DNA of 37,776 nucleotides from an uncultured Bdellovibrionales bacterium (GTDB lineage: Bacteria; Patescibacteriota; Minisyncoccia; Moranbacterales; UBA2206): positions 1-37,776 of the forward strand of contig CAZMNQ010000003.1 in NCBI GenBank assembly GCA_964567695.1, read 5' to 3'. The translations under genes and the position numbers were made by a program. Shown here piece after piece: positions 7,510-16,032 of the stretch. The notes beneath the pieces are model-generated. The model did not search any database, was not told where the DNA came from, and worked only from the letters and a program-made list of their open reading frames with translations. Position 1 is the first letter of the stretch. Every line of letters begins with the position of its first letter.

Positions 7510-8760
7510 ATGAAACGAAAACTTATTTTAATTGCCTCTATTTTAATTTTTCCGTCAATGTGCCTTGGCGCATTTGATGTTGCGCAGTGGAAATATTATA
7601 AAGACATCAGCATTAATTCAGTCGGTAGTAATTTGATTAAAATTACATTGGATGACGAAATTTTTTCCGGATCGAATAAAAATCTTAGTGATGTGCGAAT
7701 CGTCGGGGGCGGTGGAAAAGAAATTCCTTTCAAAATTGTTTCCGGAAAACAAGAAACAAAAACAACTAGCCATCCTTTGAAAATGATTAACAACTCATTT
7801 GTTCCTAGCCAGTATTCTTCAGTGATTATGGATCTGGGTGAAAAAGGAAAATTGACAAACAATTTGAAGGTTGCAACGACTTCAGAAAATTTTCAAAGAA
7901 ATGTGACGGTCTATGGCAGTGATGATATGAGCAACTGGAATATATTGCGAGACAAGGCTTATATTTATGATTATACCGATCGCAAGGGCAATTTTAAATC
8001 TCAAAATACCGGCGTATCTTTTCCGGAAAGCGCCTTTCGCTATCTGAAGTTGGAAATTTCAGATGAAAACAATAGCCCGGTAAAAATAAATTCAGTAACC
8101 GCAAGTCAGAATATTGATGAGAAAAATCGCGAGGCTGAACGACATCCGCAATTTTCAAGCAGTGAAAATGCGCTAAGACAATCAACGGAGATTATCGCCG
8201 ATTTGGGACTTCAAGGTGTTCCAATGAATCGTTTGCTCTTGCGAAGCGATGATGCTAATTTCAATCGGGGAGTATTGATTTTTTCCAGTAAGGATAAAAA
8301 TGATTGGAAATTGCTCGGACAGGGATATATTTTTCGTTATAACACGCCTAAGTTTTCCGGAGAAAATTTACAGCTTAATTTTACTGAAACAAATGATCGC
8401 TATTTGAAAATTGAAGTTTTAAACAAAGATGATGCACCGCTGACATTCAAAGATGTCACGACCTATTCAATCTACCGGGAAATTATTTTTCAAGGAGAAA
8501 AAAATAAAAACTATCAAATTTTTTATGGCAATCAAAAAGCTAATTATGCGGAATATGATCTGGATAAATATTTTCAATATTTAGATGTAAATAGTGCTCA
8601 AAATGGAACGCTTTCAGCGCAAAAAGACAATGTGAGTTATGTTCCGGAAATAGAACCGGTTAAGCCTCTTTCAGAGAGAATTCCTTATTTATTTCCGACG
8701 GTTCTCGGCGTAGTTTCAGTGCTGTTGCTTTCATTAGTGTATAGATTCTTAAAGAAATAA
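7510..8760 (+). CDS. Signal-peptide protein with C-terminal TM anchor, DUF3999-like
   Basis: N-terminal signal peptide (MKRKLILIASILIFPSMCLGA). W.YYK.I......L..I.L..EIF.......LSDVRIV...GKEIPFKIV resembles the DUF3999 N-terminus. C-terminal hydrophobic anchor LFPTVLGVVSVLLLSLVYRFLKK. Starts 4 nt after the DUF2339-like gene. Confidence 0.5.
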   Translation: MKRKLILIASILIFPSMCLGAFDVAQWKYYKDISINSVGSNLIKITLDDEIFSGSNKNLSDVRIVGGGGKEIPFKIVSGKQETKTTSHPLKMINNSFVPSQYSSVIMDLGEKGKLTNNLKVATTSENFQRNVTVYGSDDMSNWNILRDKAYIYDYTDRKGNFKSQNTGVSFPESAFRYLKLEISDENNSPVKINSVTASQNIDEKNREAERHPQFSSSENALRQSTEIIADLGLQGVPMNRLLLRSDDANFNRGVLIFSSKDKNDWKLLGQGYIFRYNTPKFSGENLQLNFTETNDRYLKIEVLNKDDAPLTFKDVTTYSIYREIIFQGEKNKNYQIFYGNQKANYAEYDLDKYFQYLDVNSAQNGTLSAQKDNVSYVPEIEPVKPLSERIPYLFPTVLGVVSVLLLSLVYRFLKK

Positions 8761-8765
8761 AAACT

Positions 8766-10322
8766 ATGAACAACAAAAAATCACCCATGCTTTTGGTAAT
8801 CCTAGATGGCTGGGGTATTGCGCCACCATCCAAAGGCAATGCTATAACCTTGGCTAAAAAACCGACCCTTGATCGGCTGTATGAAATTTATCCCTCAACT
8901 CTGCTTGGTGCGACTGGCAAAGATGTTGGACTTGAAGATCATAAGATGAGCGGGTCGGAAGCTGGGCATATGAATATTGGCGCTGGCAGAGTCGTGAAAC
9001 AGGATTCACGCCATATCACTAAGAGCATACACAACAAGAGTTTTTTTGTAAATCCGGTTTTAGTTAGTGCTGTTCATCATGCGCAAAAAAATAATGGCAA
9101 TTTGCATCTGATGGGACTCATGGGAAACTCGGACAGCCCGCATAGCGTGCCGGAACATTTTCGCGCTGTTTTGCAGCTGGCAAAAAATCATAACATCAAA
9201 GAAGTTTATTGTCATTTATTTACGGATGGTCGGGATTCATATCCCAAAAGCGCGCAGGAACATTTAAAAAATTATAAACAGATAATGGCAGAAGTCGGAA
9301 TTGGAAAGATTGCAACCCTGTGCGGTCGATTTTATGCCATGGATCGCGCTAAAAATTGGAAAAGATTAACGATGGCCTATGATGCGATGGTTTTTGCCAG
9401 AGGGGAAAAGGCTAATTCGCCGGAAGAGGCTATTGAACAGGCATATGCAAATAATTTAACGGACGAGTATCTGTTGCCGACAGTTATTTTTGAACAAGGT
9501 GAGCCAGTAGTTAAAATTAGCCAGGATGATGCGATTATTTTCTATAATCTGCGTTCTGATCGAGCCAGACAATTTACCAAGCTTTTTGTGGCGATGAATA
9601 AAAAAAGCATCCTTGATGACAATATGCCAATAATCGATAAGATAAAAAATTTATATTTCGCCGCGATGACAGACTTTGGTCCGGATTTGGATATCCACAC
9701 TGCTTTTCCTGGACACACTATTTCAGCTACTTTGCCAATGATTTTAGGTGATATAAAGCAATTATATATAGCGGAGTCAGAAAAATTTGCGCATATTACA
9801 TATTTTTTGAATGGAGGCTATGCTGATCCGGTGGATGCGGAGGCTAGAATTATGATCCCATCGCCGGTAGCTGATTCATATGCTAAAGTTCCGGAAATGT
9901 CAGCGGAAGCCATAACAGATAAGGTTTTGGAATATATAAACAAGGAGGAATATGATTTTATTGCTATCAATTACGCCAATGCTGATATGGTTGGGCACAC
10001 TGGTGATTTGCTAGCAACAATCAAGGCGGTTGAATTTTTAGATAAACAGCTTAGTCGAATTGTGCCGGAAGTTCTGCAGCGCAAAGGCGTGGTAATTATC
10101 ACAGCGGATCATGGCAATGCGGACGACATGATGGATTTTGATAGCGATCAGCCCAATACCTATCACACTAAAAATCCAGTACCGTTTCTGCTGATCGGAG
10201 AAAAATTTAAAGATAGGAAATTGCGGGATGGAGGAGTACTGGGAAACATTGCTCCGACTATTTTGGATATTTTAGACATAGAAAAACCAGAATTGATGAA
10301 AAAGGAATCATTGTTAAAATAA
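8766..10322 (+). CDS. gpmI: 2,3-bisphosphoglycerate-independent phosphoglycerate mutase
   Basis: LLVILDGWGI, GSEAGHMNIGAGR, TDGRDS, ITADHGNAD. Typical length of 518 aa. Confidence 0.9.
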   Translation: MNNKKSPMLLVILDGWGIAPPSKGNAITLAKKPTLDRLYEIYPSTLLGATGKDVGLEDHKMSGSEAGHMNIGAGRVVKQDSRHITKSIHNKSFFVNPVLVSAVHHAQKNNGNLHLMGLMGNSDSPHSVPEHFRAVLQLAKNHNIKEVYCHLFTDGRDSYPKSAQEHLKNYKQIMAEVGIGKIATLCGRFYAMDRAKNWKRLTMAYDAMVFARGEKANSPEEAIEQAYANNLTDEYLLPTVIFEQGEPVVKISQDDAIIFYNLRSDRARQFTKLFVAMNKKSILDDNMPIIDKIKNLYFAAMTDFGPDLDIHTAFPGHTISATLPMILGDIKQLYIAESEKFAHITYFLNGGYADPVDAEARIMIPSPVADSYAKVPEMSAEAITDKVLEYINKEEYDFIAINYANADMVGHTGDLLATIKAVEFLDKQLSRIVPEVLQRKGVVIITADHGNADDMMDFDSDQPNTYHTKNPVPFLLIGEKFKDRKLRDGGVLGNIAPTILDILDIEKPELMKKESLLK

Positions 10323-10341
10323 ATTTTTTAAAAGTAACTGT

Positions 10342-11322
10342 ATGAATAAAGTAATTTGCATCGGGTCTTCAACCAAAGATATTATTTTTCCTATTACGAA
10401 TGGAGAAATTATGGAAACGCCGGAAGACTTGGAGGCGCAGAGAAAAATTGTTTTTGAGTTGGGTGCTAAGTATCAAGTTTCGCAAGGGCGCCATGAAACT
10501 ATTGGCGGTTGCGCGGCCAATGTGTCTTGTGGGTTGGCACGCCTCAGTATTGAAACGCATTGTTGCACCAGAGTGGGAGATGATGAATCAGGCAATTGGC
10601 TCAAAAAAGAATTAGAAAAAAATGGCGTTGGAATTGATTTGGTTCAGACTGGAACAAATCATCGAAGCGACCTTTCCGCTATCATCGCGCACATTCCCAG
10701 TGAAGACCGGATTATTTTTTCTGATCGCGATTCTAACGAAAATTTGGAAATATTGCCGGAAGAAATCCAGAAAATCGGGGCTGAATGGATTTTTGTCAGT
10801 TCGCTGAATGGAAATAGCAATGAGAGTTGGGACAAAAAACTGGATAAGATTTTGGAATTGGCTGCACAAGAAAAAATAAAATTAGTTTTCAATCCTGGGC
10901 AGAAAAATATCAAAAGTGATCCGCAAAAAATTATAGAAGCTATCCGTCAAACAGAAGTTTTGATAATTAACAAGGATGAGGCAATTGAAATAGTTGATAA
11001 ATTAGATGGTTTTGATAAAACATTAATCAATGATGAAAAATTTTTGGCAGAAAAATTGCGAGACTTGGGCGCAAAAATTGTTGCCATGACGGATGGCGTT
11101 CGCGGCGCATGGGGATTAGGCGAGCAAGAATTTTTGCATGTGGACGCCAAAAAAGAAAAGGTGGCTGACACCTTGGGCGCTGGCGATGCTTTTTCCAGCG
11201 GATTTATAGCCTATCACATCAAAGGCAAGAGCTTGCAAGAATGTTTGGGTATGGGTATAGCAAACTCATCTAGTGTCATTAAATATTATGGCGCGGTGGA
11301 GGGATTGTTGAAAGAAAAATAA
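10342..11322 (+). CDS. PfkB-family carbohydrate/nucleoside kinase
   Basis: N-terminal GG dipeptide region (IGGCAANV) and C-terminal DTLGAGDAFSSGF anion-hole motif of the ribokinase/PfkB family. Confidence 0.8.
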   Translation: MNKVICIGSSTKDIIFPITNGEIMETPEDLEAQRKIVFELGAKYQVSQGRHETIGGCAANVSCGLARLSIETHCCTRVGDDESGNWLKKELEKNGVGIDLVQTGTNHRSDLSAIIAHIPSEDRIIFSDRDSNENLEILPEEIQKIGAEWIFVSSLNGNSNESWDKKLDKILELAAQEKIKLVFNPGQKNIKSDPQKIIEAIRQTEVLIINKDEAIEIVDKLDGFDKTLINDEKFLAEKLRDLGAKIVAMTDGVRGAWGLGEQEFLHVDAKKEKVADTLGAGDAFSSGFIAYHIKGKSLQECLGMGIANSSSVIKYYGAVEGLLKEK

Positions 11323-11336
11323 ATAATAAAACAAAA

Positions 11337-13487
11337 ATGTCTGATCTAAAAAAATTATTCAATCCGCAATCTATTGCCATTGTTGGCGCTTCGCAGGAGC
11401 GGGGCAAGGTTGGAAATGTGATTGCGAAAAATATTTTGGAGCTGGGTTATGCCGGCAAGGTTTTTTTGGTTAATCCGAAACACGAGAAGCTTTTTGAGAA
11501 AAAAAGCTATCGCAGTTTGACGGAAATCACGGACAAAGTTGATTTGGCAATCGTTGTTTTGCCGTCCAAGATTGTTGTGCCGATTATCCGAGAAGCATCG
11601 GAGCGAATAAACCTCTACACCAATTCTAAAAATTATAATGCTTTAAAAAATAAACTTGGTCTAACTGATATAAAAGAAAAAATTGGTGTGGGGGTGAAAA
11701 ATTTCGTGGTGGTTTCGGCTGGTTTTTCGGAAACAGATGAGGAGGGGAAAGCACGCGAAACAGAATTAAAAAAGTTGGCGCAAGAAAAGGGGCTCAACAT
11801 TCTCGGGCCCAATTGTCTGGGATTTATAATCCCCAAATTGAAATTGAATGCGTCTTTCGCGGGCGGCCTGCCAAAGGCCGGCAACATTTCTTTTGTTTCG
11901 CAATCGGGCGCCTTGGCGGTAGCGATTATGGACATTGCTAGAAAGGAAAACATAAAATTTTCCAATATAATTTCGGTCGGCAACAAGATGCAAGTGGATG
12001 AATCGGAAATTTTGGAATATTTGGCGCAAGACGGCGAAACAAAAGTTATTGGAATGTATTTGGAAGGTATTAAAAATGGACCAAAATTTATTGAAGTTGC
12101 TCAAAGAGTTTCTATGGTCAAGCCGATTGTAATCATCAAGGCTGGCAAAAATGAGAAAACACAAAAAGCTATTGCTTCCCACACTGGCGCTTTAGCTGGC
12201 AGTGCGGATATCATGGAGGCGGTTTTTCAGAAAACCGGAATTTTGCGGGCAGAAAACTTAGAAGATTTTTTTGCATTGATTGAATTTATTTCTGTGGCGA
12301 AGCCGCCGAAAAATAATCAAGTGGCGGTCATTACTAACGCCGGTGGACTGGGCGTTCTCACGGCCGACGCTTTCAATCAAAAAGAAATCCGACTGTTTGA
12401 TTTGAACGAAAAAACAAAAAAGGAGCTGCGTGAATTTTTGCCAGACGAATCTTCGGTAGAAAATCCCGTGGATCTTTTGGGTGATGCGATGGAAGATCGT
12501 TACGAAAAAGCTTTGCAGGTGTTAGACGCGGAAAAAGAAATTGGCTCAATCTTGTGTGTTTTGACATCGCAAGATCAAACGCCAGTGGGAAAGATTACGG
12601 ATAAGATAATTGAATTTAAAAATAAGACAGACAAATTGGTGGCTACGATTTTTATCGGCGGAGAAAGGGTGGAAAAATCAATCTCAAAATTGAGAGAAAA
12701 TGATGTTCCAAATTTTTTATTTCCAGATTTAGCAGTGAAGACAATCAATGCTTATTATAATTGGAGTGTAAATATGAGTTCGATACAAAATAAAGAATTG
12801 GCTATAAATATTGAGCGAAAAAATAAAGTCGCGGAGATTATTGCGGTGGCTAAAAAGGAAAAGCGCGGCGCCTTGTCTTTTCCGGAAGCTAGCAGAATTA
12901 TGGCGCTCTATGGCATAAAAACACCTAGTGTTATAAATATCGGAGCAAAGGATATTTTACCGAAGGAGATTGGATTTCCCGTAGTTATGAAAGTGGATAG
13001 TGATAAAGTTTTGCACAAAACTGATAAACAAGGCGTTATCTTGAACATTAAAAATCAGGCTGAGTTAGAAAAAGCGCATGCACAAATGCAAGCAAATTTT
13101 CCGGGAGAGAATTTAATCTTGCAACAGATGCGTTCGATTAAAACGGAATTAATTTTGGGAATTAAAAATGACAGCATCTTTGGTCCAATCGTAGTATATG
13201 GATTGGGTGGAATTTATACCGAGGTTTTTAAAATGGTGAATTTTTTGGTTCCACCACTTAATATCCAGGAAATTAAAAATTCTTTATTGCAAAGCAAAAT
13301 AAAGTTTTTGTTTGCGGAAACCAGGGGACAAAAGGCCTATAATGTTCAAGAATTGGCTGAAATCCTGCTGGGGCTGTCAAAATTAGCCCAAGAAGCACTG
13401 GAAATACAAGAGCTGGATATTAATCCATTACTTGTCTATAATGATAACAAGGAGGCAGTGGCCATTGATGTAAAAATAATAATTTAA
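11337..13487 (+). CDS. ADP-forming acetyl-CoA synthetase / NDP-forming acyl-CoA synthetase, fused alpha-beta
   Basis: LFNPQSIAIVGAS CoA-binding start, GPNCLGFI, SQSGAL and ASHTGALAGS (phosphohistidine loop), plus a C-terminal ATP-grasp part. Contains an IR-bounded insert at 11612-11694. Confidence 0.8.
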   Translation: MSDLKKLFNPQSIAIVGASQERGKVGNVIAKNILELGYAGKVFLVNPKHEKLFEKKSYRSLTEITDKVDLAIVVLPSKIVVPIIREASERINLYTNSKNYNALKNKLGLTDIKEKIGVGVKNFVVVSAGFSETDEEGKARETELKKLAQEKGLNILGPNCLGFIIPKLKLNASFAGGLPKAGNISFVSQSGALAVAIMDIARKENIKFSNIISVGNKMQVDESEILEYLAQDGETKVIGMYLEGIKNGPKFIEVAQRVSMVKPIVIIKAGKNEKTQKAIASHTGALAGSADIMEAVFQKTGILRAENLEDFFALIEFISVAKPPKNNQVAVITNAGGLGVLTADAFNQKEIRLFDLNEKTKKELREFLPDESSVENPVDLLGDAMEDRYEKALQVLDAEKEIGSILCVLTSQDQTPVGKITDKIIEFKNKTDKLVATIFIGGERVEKSISKLRENDVPNFLFPDLAVKTINAYYNWSVNMSSIQNKELAINIERKNKVAEIIAVAKKEKRGALSFPEASRIMALYGIKTPSVINIGAKDILPKEIGFPVVMKVDSDKVLHKTDKQGVILNIKNQAELEKAHAQMQANFPGENLILQQMRSIKTELILGIKNDSIFGPIVVYGLGGIYTEVFKMVNFLVPPLNIQEIKNSLLQSKIKFLFAETRGQKAYNVQELAEILLGLSKLAQEALEIQELDINPLLVYNDNKEAVAIDVKIII
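11612..11694 (+). repeat. 83-nt inverted-repeat-bounded element inside the acetyl-CoA synthetase CDS
   Basis: Arms CCTCTACACCAATT (11612-11625) and AATTGGTGTGGGGG (11681-11694). Nine Watson-Crick pairs extend to 14 with G-U pairs on the plus strand. It coincides with an extra peptide RINLYTNSKNYNALKNKLGLTDIKEKIGV between conserved blocks. Confidence 0.6.
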
Positions 13488-13510
13488 ATTTAATCGGGGT
13501 AAACAAATTT

Positions 13511-14071
13511 ATGAGCGCGCTAAAAATTTTATTAGTAGATGATGACGAAACAATCAGAGGTATGTATGATGATATTTTCAAGAAAGAAGGTTTTGAGGTG
13601 TTTGAAGCAATAGATGGAGTAGATGGTTTGGATAAGGCGACAAAAAACATCCCAGATGTTATTTTCACCGGTATCGTTATGCCGACGATGGATGGCTTTC
13701 AACTAATGGAAGCTTTGAAAAAAAATGTCGTGACTAGCAATATTCCGGTGGTAATTTCTTCTCATCTCGGAAGGGAAGAGGATCAGAAAAAAGCGCGGGA
13801 GCTCGGAGCTAAGGAATTTTTTGTCAGAGGGCTCTACACCCCGCATGAAATAATTGATAAAATTAGAGCTTTATTTAAGGCGGATGAATATAAATTAAAA
13901 TTCAATGTAGTTGAAATGGATGCAAAAAAAATAATTAGTGATATGCAATTTAGCGAAAACTTCAAATGTTCTAAATGCGGATCTGAACTGATATTGTCAA
14001 TGAAACCCGTGGGCGCTAAAAAGAATGAATTTGTTGCCAAATTTATTTGTCCTGAGTGCGGTATTGTATAG
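13511..14071 (+). CDS. Atypical (pseudo-)receiver domain protein with C-terminal CxxC...CxxC zinc ribbon
   Basis: LLVDDDETIRGMY...MPTMDGFQLMEALK is a CheY-like REC fold. The phospho-acceptor position reads FTGIVMP (Gly instead of Asp). C-terminus is CSKCGSE...CPECG. Confidence 0.75.
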   Translation: MSALKILLVDDDETIRGMYDDIFKKEGFEVFEAIDGVDGLDKATKNIPDVIFTGIVMPTMDGFQLMEALKKNVVTSNIPVVISSHLGREEDQKKARELGAKEFFVRGLYTPHEIIDKIRALFKADEYKLKFNVVEMDAKKIISDMQFSENFKCSKCGSELILSMKPVGAKKNEFVAKFICPECGIV

Positions 14072-14074
14072 AAT

Positions 14075-14234
14075 AGACCTGTTGCGTAATAACTTACTAC
14101 TGCAATTTCCATATTTTGGCCAAATTTTCCAAAAATTTTCTTGGCTTAGCGTAGGCTAAACCGCAAAAATTGTTTGAAAAATTATGCCTCAAAATCTGAA
14201 AATTTCGTTACGCAATTTATTACGCAACGGGTCT
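14075..14234 (+). repeat. 160-nt MITE-like or structured-RNA element with 18-nt terminal inverted repeats
   Basis: AGACCTGTTGCGTAATAA (14075-14092) and TTATTACGCAACGGGTCT (14217-14234) pair at 17 of 18 Watson-Crick positions, plus one T-G pair that is a G-U wobble only on the plus strand. It begins 4 nt after the TAG stop. Confidence 0.65.
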
Positions 14235-14245
14235 AATAAATAAAG

Positions 14246-15961
14246 ATGGCAGAAAAAAACTGGAAGCTAAAAAACGCAATAGGCGAAGTTGATATCGAAT
14301 TGAAAAATAGTTTTCATCCGATAATTTTGCGGTTGCTTGCAAATAGGGGAATTTCGGACAGTAAGAAATTAGAGAGTTTTTTTAATTTAAACTATGATGG
14401 CGATGTGCATGATCCATATTTATTTTCCGATATGGGAAAAGCGGTGGAAAGAATCGTGCGAGCCAAAAAAAATCAAGAAAAAATTGCCATTTTCGGTGAC
14501 TATGATGCGGACGGCGTGACGGCCACCGCACTTTTGTATGAAGCGCTGACTAATCTGGGTTTTCAAAATATTGTGGCCTACATTCCCGACCGGCAAACGG
14601 AGGGCTATGGCATGAATGAGCCGGCGGTTGAGTATTTGAGCAAGGAGGGTGTGAAATTAATTATTACTGTTGATTGTGGCATCACTAGTATCAAGGAGGT
14701 TGAAATGGCTAAACAATTAGGCATTGATGTGGTTATCACCGATCATCATCATGTGCCAAAAACTTTGCCACAAGCCGCGGCGATTATCAATCCGCATAGG
14801 GATGATTGCGGCTATCCTGAAAAAAATTTGGCTGGAGTCGGCGTGGCTTTCAAGTTGGCGCAGGCTTTATATAAAAAAATGGACGCTGATAATCTAGATC
14901 AATTAAAATGGCTTTTGGATTTGGTGGTCATCGGAACGGTGGCGGATTGCGTGCCGCTCATTGGTGAAAACAGAGTGCTAACAAAATATGGTTTAGTCGT
15001 TCTGTCCAAAACTCGTCGAGTTGGCCTTTTGGAAATGTTTAAAGTTGGTCGGATTACGATTGACGAACAAAATATTCCGAATGCGCAAAAAATCGCTTTT
15101 CAAATCGCACCGAGAATAAACGCAGCTGGCCGAATGGATCACGCCAGCATTTCCTATGAACTGATGATTGAAAAAAGCGCCGTTATGGCACGCGATATGG
15201 CCTTGGAAGTGGAGGATAAAAATAAAAGCCGGCAAAAAGTGACTGCGGAAATTGTGCGCGAAGTGCGAGCTTTGGCAGAAAATTTCTTCAAAGACCGAAA
15301 ACTTATTTTTGCGTCCAATGAACATTGGCAGGTGGGCATTCTGGGTCTCATTGCTGGCAGAATCGCGGAAGAATTTAACAAACCCACGGCGGTTTTTCAA
15401 AAACAAGAGACCGGTTTTGTTGGATCCTTTCGCAGCATTGATCAGGTGAACATTATTGAAGCACTGGAGCAATGTTCAGATTTGCTCATTCGCTTTGGCG
15501 GACATTCCCAGGCTGCGGGTGCGCAAGTGTTGGAAGAAAATATGGAAAAATTTTATACTAAATTATCCGGTTTAATTGAAAAAGAATTGGTAGGCAAGGA
15601 TATTACTCCAGCCATTGAAATTGATTTGGAAGTTTCTCCGCAAGACCTTGATTGGAATTTAGTGGACGGCATTAATAAATTGCAACCGTTCGGCGAAGGC
15701 AATGAAGAGCCAATTTTTCTGATGAAAAATTTGCTGATTGAAAATATGAAAGTTGTCGGCAATGGCAGTAAACATTTAAAATTGTCCTTGCGCGCGAAGT
15801 CGAGTCCCAAAATTTTTGAATCAATCGGTTTCGGCTTAGGCGAAAATATTCTCAATCTGAAAGTTGGCGATGCGGTGGACATCGTCTTCAATCTGCAAGA
15901 AGATGAGTGGAACGGTAACAAAAAAATGCAGTTGAATTTGGTTGATATTAAAAAGGGATAA
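14246..15961 (+). CDS. recJ: Single-stranded-DNA-specific exonuclease RecJ
   Basis: DHH family motifs: IFGDYDADGVTA, TVDCG, ITDHHH, plus the GGHSQAAG DHHA1 motif. Confidence 0.9.
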   Translation: MAEKNWKLKNAIGEVDIELKNSFHPIILRLLANRGISDSKKLESFFNLNYDGDVHDPYLFSDMGKAVERIVRAKKNQEKIAIFGDYDADGVTATALLYEALTNLGFQNIVAYIPDRQTEGYGMNEPAVEYLSKEGVKLIITVDCGITSIKEVEMAKQLGIDVVITDHHHVPKTLPQAAAIINPHRDDCGYPEKNLAGVGVAFKLAQALYKKMDADNLDQLKWLLDLVVIGTVADCVPLIGENRVLTKYGLVVLSKTRRVGLLEMFKVGRITIDEQNIPNAQKIAFQIAPRINAAGRMDHASISYELMIEKSAVMARDMALEVEDKNKSRQKVTAEIVREVRALAENFFKDRKLIFASNEHWQVGILGLIAGRIAEEFNKPTAVFQKQETGFVGSFRSIDQVNIIEALEQCSDLLIRFGGHSQAAGAQVLEENMEKFYTKLSGLIEKELVGKDITPAIEIDLEVSPQDLDWNLVDGINKLQPFGEGNEEPIFLMKNLLIENMKVVGNGSKHLKLSLRAKSSPKIFESIGFGLGENILNLKVGDAVDIVFNLQEDEWNGNKKMQLNLVDIKKG

Positions 15962-15977
15962 TTTTTTTAGAAAATAT

Positions 15978-16011
15978 AAAAGGAGTCTTGCGTGTTGGCA
16001 AGGCTCCTTTT
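15978..16011. terminator. Bidirectional rho-independent terminator between convergent recJ and the pyrD-like gene
   Basis: AAAAGGAGTCTTGC-GTGTTG-GCAAGGCTCCTTTT: 14-bp stem including one G-T pair, an A-run on the left and a T-run on the right. Confidence 0.7.
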
Positions 16012-16032
16012 CTGAGTGGTTGATACTGTTGC

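Noticed and set aside
11633-12182. Minus-strand ORFs of 117 and 138 aa inside the acetyl-CoA synthetase gene. Similar antisense ORFs occur at 14993-15472, 15553-15921, 18544-19273, 22543-22935, 23544-23918, 31126-31545 and 33866-34339.
   Set aside because: All overlap strongly supported plus-strand genes and have no family signatures. They are typical antisense open frames in AT-rich DNA.
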